Below, in pieces: positions 55,743 through 64,000 of a DNA stretch of 64,000 nt (position 1 is the first letter of the stretch; each line of letters starts with the position of its first letter). The notes below the pieces were generated by a model. It did not search any database, had not been told where the DNA came from, and worked only from the letters and a program-made list of their open reading frames with translations. The position numbers and the translations under genes are program-made. This stretch comes from Octopus sinensis (taxonomy: Eukaryota). The stretch spans positions 17,806,464-17,870,463 of the forward strand of contig NC_043011.1 in NCBI RefSeq assembly GCF_006345805.1, given 5' to 3'.

Positions 55743-56366
55743 CTCTCCTAGTTTCTCAGCGATACCAAATTCACGGCGTTTTAGACACTTTCCATGATTT
55801 GCTGTGTCAAATGTTTTTGCCAAAATCAAAATATATCACATCCATATTTGTTTTGCAGAACTACAGTAATAATTCTACAGTAATCGTGTCAGGCGGCTCC
55901 TTCCTAGGCAGAGGCCATGTCGTATTTTCATGCAGAAGTTATTTACTTCAAGGTACGTGACCAGTCTCCTACTGACAATGCATTCTCTCACTATGCTAAC
56001 AGCTGAGGAGTGAAATATACTTTTAGTATCTTTTTAGCATCCGCTGTGCTTTCTGCTTTATGGACAAGCCATACCATACATTCTTTTAACCATCAAGGTA
56101 AGTGTGAAAATGTATCTGCAGTAGATTTGCAAGATATCCTTGCACGTCTTTAGAAGAACAGCCGGGTATCACTCTAAGCCTGTTGCTGAGTTCGATTCAC
56201 CTCATGAATGGATGATATAACATCTTCCTCTTTTATGTCCTTGTAATTGATATTTGTTTTGTTTTTTTTATTTTCAATGTAAATCTGTAAAATAAAAAAA
56301 AAACTCATCAGGCTTGTTTATTTGCATGTTACCCAGTGGAAGTATGAAGATACTTTGGAATTGTTT

Positions 56367-56790
56367 GGTTATTTTCTGTTTGAAGGGCAGTTTTTCTAGC
56401 GGTGTCATATGAAATTGTCACCCATAATTATGACCCTATTGCATTTCAATCTGTTTTAGGGTTTTATGATCTATTGCATTTCAATCTGTTTTAGGGTTAG
56501 GGTTTGGGTTAGGGTTAAGGTAGGGGTAAATAAACCCAATCTGTTTCTTAAACGAGGGACATATTCATACGGCACAGAATGGTTTTTAACTCAATAGACG
56601 TCAGTGATTGGTTGAAATTGCCGAATTTGAAGAAAAAAAAACAACAAATATCTTACAAACTATCGAATTTTCTCAATAAAGCCAGGAGAAAAATAAGTTT
56701 TATAAACACATTCTACCAGTATACGAAGTATAAAACTTTTTAGTTACCAAGAAATTATGTTAACAACTGCCGTTCAAACCGACAAGATCC
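56367..56790. mobile_element. Merlin-like MITE with internal TTAGGG repeats
   Basis: Degenerate TIRs; perfect 8-bp TSD AATTGTTT at 56359-56366 and 56791-56798. Confidence 0.88.
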
Positions 56791-57816
56791 AATTGTTTAT
56801 ATAGCTTTTCACTTATATTCTTGTGGTCTGCAGCTAGGGAGCTGTCTTCTACAAATAGTGGCTCTTTAGTGCAAAGCACCGAGGGAGACAATTTAGCAAA
56901 CGTTTAGAAGGCCATAAGATTCCTTTTTATAGCTTCCCCACACTAGATTACTTCTATGAACACGAGGGAACATTTACTGCCATTGAATTATCTATTTAAG
57001 ATCTTTAATCAATGCCTCATAAGGACTCTACAATCTCAAGGAATAATGTTTTAGTACGTACTGGCTCTCTTCTCTGAAATCAATTTAATGTTGTGGTCTG
57101 AGACGATTGTCGTTGATATTTTCACTATGCAAATATGTTCCAAGTTTTTGGTGTAACAGAGGTCCTAATAAATTATTGTTTCTGGTTGGGGAGGGTATTT
57201 TCGTTCCAATAACAGCATTTATGCGAGATCAAGTAGAGTTTCTGCTTGACTGCTCACTTTGCTCGTCATTCCTTAGGTTATGTCACCTTCAGGTGATCTG
57301 ATATATTATGTTTATACACTCTACTATAAAAATTCAATATCATGTGCAATAAAACCAATTAACACTTAATTACTTTATCATAAAATATTTCTAACTACTT
57401 AACGTTCTTCTGTATTCATACTATTTCCAGGAAAGATTCTAAAATATTTAAGCACATTTATGATATATATTGTAAGATGTGTAATTGAGAAATTAGAATA
57501 TATCATTACAAAGAATAATTTGTGAAAGCCATAATTAAAGCTCTGTAATAACAGCTGCAATAGGCTATATATAATAGCTTTATGATACAATAACATTAAG
57601 TCTACAAACTCGAGTAATATCATTTTGTCAATTTATAATTCTTGTCAGAATATTTCTTATCTTATATTCATTGTAATTTTCATTTTACATTATAACCGTT
57701 ATACTCACAAAATTATGACCGGATTGCATTCTGTTTTCGTATTATAATCCTTAATATGTCATCAGTATGTCCTGTTCTGTTTTCCAATGTAGAAATGCAT
57801 ATACTTATTTCGGGTT

Positions 57817-58280
57817 TCTTATTTCTTTACTACCCACAAGGGGCTAAACATAGAGGGGACAAACAAGGACAGACAAACGGATTAAGTCAATTACATCGAC
57901 CCCAGTGCGTAACTGGTACTTAATTTATCGAGCGACGAGCTGGCAGAAACGTTAGCACGCCGGGCGAAATGCGTAGCCGTATTTCGTCTGCCGTTACGTT
58001 CTGTGTTCAAATTCCGCCGTGGTCGACTTTACCTTTCATCCTTTCGGGGGTCGATAAATTAAGTACCAGTTACGCACTGGGGTCGAAGTAATCGACTTCC
58101 TCCGTTTGTCTGTCCTTGTTTGTCCCCTCTGGGTTTAGCCCCTTGTGGATAGTAAAGAAATAGGTACTTAATTTATCGACCCCGAAAGGATGAAAGGCAA
58201 AGTCGACCTCGGCGGAATTTGTACTCAGAAGGTAACGGCAGACGAAATATTGCTAAGCATTTCGCCCGGCGTGCTAACGT
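57817..58280 (-). mobile_element. SINE family A host copy split by an inverted copy of the same family
   Basis: Host halves at 57817-57931 and 58165-58280. Confidence 0.9.
57932..58164 (+). mobile_element. SINE family A nested in opposite orientation, 15-bp TSD
   Basis: TACTTAATTTATCGA at 57917-57931 and 58165-58179. Confidence 0.9.
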
Positions 58281-58554
58281 TCCTGCCAGCTCACCGCCTT
58301 GCACATACTTATTTGGGTTTCTGTAGTCATTTACTGTGATGTTTTGCTTCAGTTTTCTTTTCTCTTTCGCTTTGATAATTAGTTTTTCATTTATAATTGT
58401 GCATAACCTCTTCAATGTTTACTATAGTCGATAAAGTTTCCTATAATCTTACTATAAAGTTTACTATAATCGCCATCTTTCACTTGGTGCATTTCCAATA
58501 TGTCACAGAACATGCGCATCTGTTTCACTTGAAACAACCCTTTATTTATTGCTT

Positions 58555-58725
58555 TCAAATATTGGCACACGGCCAGTAATTTCGAGGAAAATGTAATTTG
58601 TTTACATTGACCACCCCCGTGTTCCATTGATACTTATTTTTTCGATGACCTCGGCGGTATTTGAACTCAGAATATAAAATGAGTGTTTTGCCCGGAGTGC
58701 AAGGTCTTCTGCTAGCCTGCCGCCA
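58555..58725 (-). mobile_element. Old degenerate SINE family A copy
   Basis: GGCACACGGCCAG...GACCTCGGCGGTATTTGAACTCAGAA...CTGCTAGCCTGCCGCC. Confidence 0.7.
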
Positions 58726-59374
58726 TGCTTACCTGTTATATATGTGCAAAGGTTGGTTTGGTTATTCATTTCCTAATCTTTTCACGCTGTTACTGAATTT
58801 CGTTATTATCGTTCATTATTGTCTCTACCTACTTGGTTGACAAAAACGTTCGTGAACGTACTGCAGTCACCTACAGATTATGAGTTCAATCCCGAGGTAA
58901 TTCACAAAAATAATAGAGGGCGGAATTTGAAGACTATATCTCGCCTGGATCAAATAAACGGTTAGGTTCGAAATTCCGATACAACAACCTAATTCAACAT
59001 AAAACCCATCAGTACGAGTAATATAAATAAGCTGAAATGTATGAATTACCTAGGATTGTATAAGATATGGAATAAATGATATCATCATTTATTATGTAAT
59101 ACAAATGATTACAAATACAACTGAGATATCATTTCGTCTTCTCTTTACCTCATTCAAATTAGTAATCTTATTGTTAACAAGGCCACTGCATCTTAGGTTG
59201 AAGAAGTACAGTTCTTCCCCCTCCTATCAATCGATGTCTTACGGTACTACTTTTGATTTTGGGATAAAGCGCTAGTCCCATTCTTAGAGAAGGATCTAGG
59301 TAGGAATATAACAATCTCCTCAGTCAATCAATCAAACAAGAAATCAAGTAAATAATCGATCAGTCATTCACACC

Positions 59375-59432
<58 letters not shown>

Positions 59433-59433
59433 A

Positions 59434-59484
<51 letters not shown>

Positions 59485-60061
59485 TATATATATATCACTC
59501 TCTCTCGCTTTCTCCCTCTCTCTCTCTCTCTCTGTTTCTCTCGATCTATCACCCTTTGTATCAAAATCTACCGAGGATTTTGCTTCTTCCCGAATGTCAA
59601 GATTCATTTCCTTCCTCTCCTCAATACATGCAACCTACTCAATCATTGCCTCACTTTCTAGAAATTTATCATTTCAACATGTTATCGTTATAATCGTCAT
59701 TCATTGACGGTGTCTACTCGTTCTATTATCTAAAATAATTCCTTTGGTTTACTATGCTCTGTGACCAATATGGATCCCAACGATAAACAAATTAGCAAAG
59801 ATATATTTATACCGTAAGTACTGCTGCCACGATCTAAAATATATGTAACCCGAATTTGCACAAAACAACATTCTACTTACCCATAGAAAGAAAGCATTTT
59901 AATTACTTTATATTTTATTGCTTTAGCCATTAGATTTTTGCTCATTCATCTCCTTGAAGCATTTCAGTCCAACGTGTCGAACCTAGTATTTTTCTTACTT
60001 CAACCTCGTACTTATTCTATCAGACGTTTTACGAAACCGCTCCGGACGTTGTAAACTCATA

Positions 60062-60296
60062 CCTGTTTCTTTATTACCCACAAGGGGCTAAACACAGAAA
60101 GGACAAACAAGGACAGACACACAGTATAAGTCGATTATAGCGGCCCCATTGCGTAACTGGTACTTATTTAATCGACCCTGAAAGGATGAAAGGCAAAGTC
60201 GACCTCGGCGGAATGTGAACACAGAATGTAGCGGCAGACGAAATACGGCTACGCATTTCGCCCGGCGTGCTAACGTTTCTGCCAGCTCGCCGCCTT
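60062..60296 (-). mobile_element. SINE family A monomer (copy in duplication unit 1)
   Basis: Full head to tail; imperfect TSD GTTGTAAActcATAC/GTTGTAAAataATAC. Confidence 0.9.
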
Positions 60297-60547
60297 ACGC
60301 TGTTGTAAAATAATACCGGCTGCGAATCAGTTGGCTACGACAAACATATACACACTGACATACAGATACACACACACATACACACATACACACATACACA
60401 CATATGTATATATGTATGCATATATCTAATTGCTGTCACCCTTTTAATTTGTTGTTTACAACTATTACCGTTTTGAAAATCAACGCATGTTTTCAACGGT
60501 TTTTCTCCTGACATTGACAAAGGAATTTGAGTTTAACTCTAGGCGTT

Positions 60548-60609
60548 AATAGCCGCTGATGAGAATTAAGGTGGTCTACACCGAACTTCGAAATCAGGTT
60601 ACGGCGATT
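60548..60609 (+). ncRNA. Type-I hammerhead ribozyme motif
   Basis: AATaGCCG-CTGATGA-GAA..GGTG gtcta CACC..TTC-GAAA-tcaggTTA-CGGCgATT: canonical core, stems I and II pair, stem III minimal and imperfect. Confidence 0.7.
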
Positions 60610-60775
60610 TATCAGTCATAAAGTATAGTGCTAGTGGCTTTGGAGTTAATATAACCCCTATTTTAGCCTAAGCGGACCTAATCAGCACCCTCCGTCACTT
60701 TTGTGACCGGTACTAATTTTTCCTTTAGGTTCTAATTGCTAACAAGCTACCCTTTTAATCTGTGGTATGTGTGTG

Positions 60776-60809
<34 letters not shown>

Positions 60810-61371
60810 TCTCTCTCGCTTTCTCCCTCTCTCTCCTCTCTGTTTCTCTCGATCTATCACCCTTTGTATCAAAATCTACCGAGGATTTTGCTTCTTCCCG
60901 AATGTCAAGATTCATTTCCTCCTTCCTCTCCTCAATACATGCAACCTACTCAATCATTGCCTCACTTTCTAGAAATTTATCATTTCAACATGTTATCGTT
61001 ATAATCGTCATTCATTGACGGTGTCTACTCGTTCTATTATCTAAAATAATTCCTTTGGTTTACTATGCTCTGTGACCAATATGGATCCCAACGATAAACA
61101 AATTAGCAAAGATATATTTATACGTAAGTACTGCTGCCACGATCTAAAATATCTGTAACCCGAATTTGCACAAAACAACATTCTACTTACCCATAGAAAG
61201 AAAGCATTTTAATTACTTTATATTTTATTGCTTTAGCCATTAGATTTTTGCTCATTCATCTCCTTGAAGCATTTCAGTCCAACGTGTCGAACCTAGTATT
61301 TTTCTTACTTCAACCTCGTACTTATTCTATCAGACGTTTTACGAAACCGCTCCGGACGTTGTAAACTCATA

Positions 61372-61606
61372 CCTGTTTCTTTATTACCCACAAGGGGCTA
61401 AACACAGAAAGGACAAACAAGGACAGACACACAGTTTAAGTCGATTATAGCGGCCCCATTGCGTAACTGGTACTTATTTAATCGACCCTGAAAGGATGAA
61501 AGGCAAAGTCGACCTCGGCGGAATGTGAACACAGAATGTAGCGGCAGACGAAATACGGCTACGCATTTCGCCCGGCGTGCTAACGTTTCTGCCAGCTCGC
61601 CGCCTT
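61372..61606 (-). mobile_element. SINE family A monomer (copy in duplication unit 2)
   Basis: Duplicate of 60062-60296. Confidence 0.9.
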
Positions 61607-61859
61607 ACGCTGTTGTAAAATAATACCGGCTGCGAATCAGTTGGCTACGACAAACATATACACACTGACATACAGATACACACACACACATACACACATA
61701 CACACATACACACATATGTATATATGTATGCATATATCTAATTGCTGTCACCCTTTTAATTTGTTGTTTACAACTATTACCGTTTTGAAAATCAACGCAT
61801 GTTTTCAACGGTTTTTCTCCTGACATTGACAAAGGAATTTGAGTTTAACTCTAGGCGTT

Positions 61860-61921
61860 AATAGCCGCTGATGAGAATTAAGGTGGTCTACACCGAACTT
61901 CGAAATCAGGTTACGGCGATT
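61860..61921 (+). ncRNA. Type-I hammerhead ribozyme motif (duplicate of 60548-60609)
   Basis: Same sequence in the second duplication unit. Confidence 0.7.
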
Positions 61922-62087
61922 TATCAGTCATAAAGTATAGTGCTAGTGGCTTTGGAGTTAATATAACCCCTATTTTAGCCTAAGCGGACCTAATCAGCAC
62001 CCTCCGTCACTTTTGTGACCTGTACTAATTTTTCCTTTAGGTTCTAATTGCTAACAAGCTACCCTTTTAATCTGTGGTATGTGTGTG

Positions 62088-62130
<43 letters not shown>

Positions 62131-62377
62131 TACACAATGAATCTCGTTCAATTTCTGTGTACCACAGTCAATCACAAGGTTTTAGTCGATCCTAGTTATA
62201 GTAGAAAACAACCGCCTGAGTTTCCACGTAGTGGGTCCGAATCTTCATCCATGTGATCCGGAAGCAAATTGGTATTAAATTGCCAAGCTAATACAGTGAA
62301 CTATCTGGGAGGAAAACCCCAAGCAATTAAACTAGATAAATAGATTTGCAATGCAAACCACATAGGCTTATAGAGTA

Positions 62378-62762
62378 CTAGCAGTATCGCCCGGCGTTGC
62401 TCGGGTTTGTAAGGGAAATAACTATATAAGCATTTTTAGAGAGAGTTAGCCAAAAAATAGCAAAAAAATGCATTAAAAATGGAAAAAAAATAATGGTAAA
62501 TTTTTTTTAAATCGTTGACTCATCGTAGACATTTTTAGAGAGTTACTTCCCTTATATAATAACGAAAAAATGCATTAAAATCGAAAAAATGACGGTAAAT
62601 TTTTTTTTAAATCGTAGACTCATGCAAATACCCAGAAGGGCTCGATATGAATCACGACTATAAGATACCCGGTTTTGGTTAAACTGCCCCGCAAAATGTG
62701 GGAGTAGTTAGGAATCTAAATCGTAGGCGACAGACACACAACCTCTCTTTTATATATAAAGA
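62378..62762 (-). mobile_element. Non-autonomous Helitron (385 bp)
   Basis: Minus strand begins TC (A|TCTTTATATATAAAAG), ends with hairpin CCCGAGCAACGCCGGG then CTAG|T; no TSD, inserted between A and T; internal A-rich subrepeats. Confidence 0.88.
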
Positions 62763-62833
62763 TATGTGTGTATGTGTGTGTGTGTGTGGTGTGTGTGTAT
62801 GTATATATGTGTGTGTGTGTGTTTGTATATATA

Positions 62834-62897
<64 letters not shown>

Positions 62898-63471
62898 CAT
62901 AAATACATGCATACATATTCGTTTATGTCTATGTGCATATGATATAAATGGCTCACCTGTTGATTTTGACCTATCAGCTTCCAGTTATTCATCAACCGAA
63001 CGATCTGCTTCTTAATTTAAGGTACGAATATTTCATGGACACCGGCATCCTTAATGTAAACCTCAGGCAGATTCAGTGTTACAAGGCTTTACTTTTGAAT
63101 TATGGGAGGATGACAGACTTCATCACCCTACTCAATTTCATTCATATCGACACACGGTTTTGGTGAAAACACTTACCCTAAATGCCACCAAATGATATTG
63201 AACTTGGTACCTCAGTATTGTAAAACTTACTTCTTAACCCTTTCGCCTAAGCCTACAATTGTGTGTGTGTGTGTTATGTGTGTGTGTGTGTGTGTGTGTG
63301 TGTGACTATGTGCCTGTCTGTGTCTGTGATTGTGTATGTATACATTTATATATATGCGTGCATGTATGCCTGTCTGTCTCTCTCTGTCTCTCTCTCTCTA
63401 TCTATCTGTCTGTATGTCTATCTGTCTGTATGTCTGTCTGTCCGTCTATCTGACTGTCTGCCTGTCTATAT

Positions 63472-63822
63472 TCTTTTATTGTTCCAGTCATGTGACTGCG
63501 GCCTTGCAAGGTTTTAATCGAACAAATAGACCCCAGGACTTATACGTAGTTACCCTATTCTACTGGTCTCTTTTGCCGAACCGCCAAATTACGGGGACGT
63601 AAACACGCCAACGCCGGTTGTCAAGCGAAGCTGGGGTGACAAACAGCACAAAGATACACACATAAATATATACATACACACACAAACACACACATATATA
63701 CGACGGGCTTCTATCAGTTTCCGTCTTCCTAATCCACTCACAAGGCCTTGGACGGCCCGAGGCTACACTAGAAGACACTTGCTCAAGGTGCCACGCAGTA
63801 AGTGGGACTGAACCCGGAACCA
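63472..63822 (-). mobile_element. CORE-type SINE family C, 5'-truncated
   Basis: CAGTCAT.TGACTGCGGCC tail, GAAGACACTTGC.CAAGGTGCCACGCAG core, GGGACTGAACCCGGAACCA B-box region. Confidence 0.88.
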
Positions 63823-63916
63823 TATATATATATATAAAGGTAGCATAATTGATAATTATACATACATTACATATTGGGCTCACTTTTACTCCTGTCTATA
63901 AAATCATATCTACATA

Positions 63917-63959
<43 letters not shown>

Positions 63960-64000
63960 ACTTTCCACCACTTTCCTTTTTTCTCTCTCCTTTATTTACA

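Larger units (their letters stand above)
59494..62095. repeat. Tandem duplication of about 1312 bp (59494-60780 and 60806-62090), bounded by (TA)n
   Basis: Near-identical copies with a few differences (e.g. ACAGTATAAG/ACAGTTTAAG, ACCGGTACT/ACCTGTACT). Confidence 0.95.

Noticed and set aside
56800-57300. Possible Penelope RT relic
   Set aside because: Only a vague IGTKIPSP similarity; no colinear motifs recoverable by eye

Overview
AT-rich, repeat-dominated eukaryotic DNA. The SINE families, the very high microsatellite density and the transposon mix look like an octopus (coleoid cephalopod) genome; that assignment is inference from repeat content. I found no host protein-coding gene I can support: most listed ORFs are translations of microsatellites or SINEs. 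The window opens with a GC/CpG-rich 19-bp satellite. It holds four or five tRNA-derived SINE types (about 25 copies) and non-LTR retrotransposon relics: an RTE with a still-open 1.4-kb 3' ORF ending in three C2H2 fingers, a second RTE-type tail, a Tx1/L1-clade element, R4/Dong pieces in (TAA)n tracts, and CR1. DNA elements include Tc1/mariner relics, a Merlin-like MITE family with 8-bp TSDs and internal TTAGGG repeats, and a non-autonomous Helitron. The most interesting signal is a set of 280-360-bp terminally redundant non-coding units, each carrying a minimal type-I hammerhead-ribozyme motif (retrozyme / Penelope-LTR-like). One has a U3-A8 compensatory core. Also notable are a SINE that appears to insert repeatedly at a GGTAY site within itself, a composite MITE carrying a captured segment, and a fold-back palindrome built on (TA)n.
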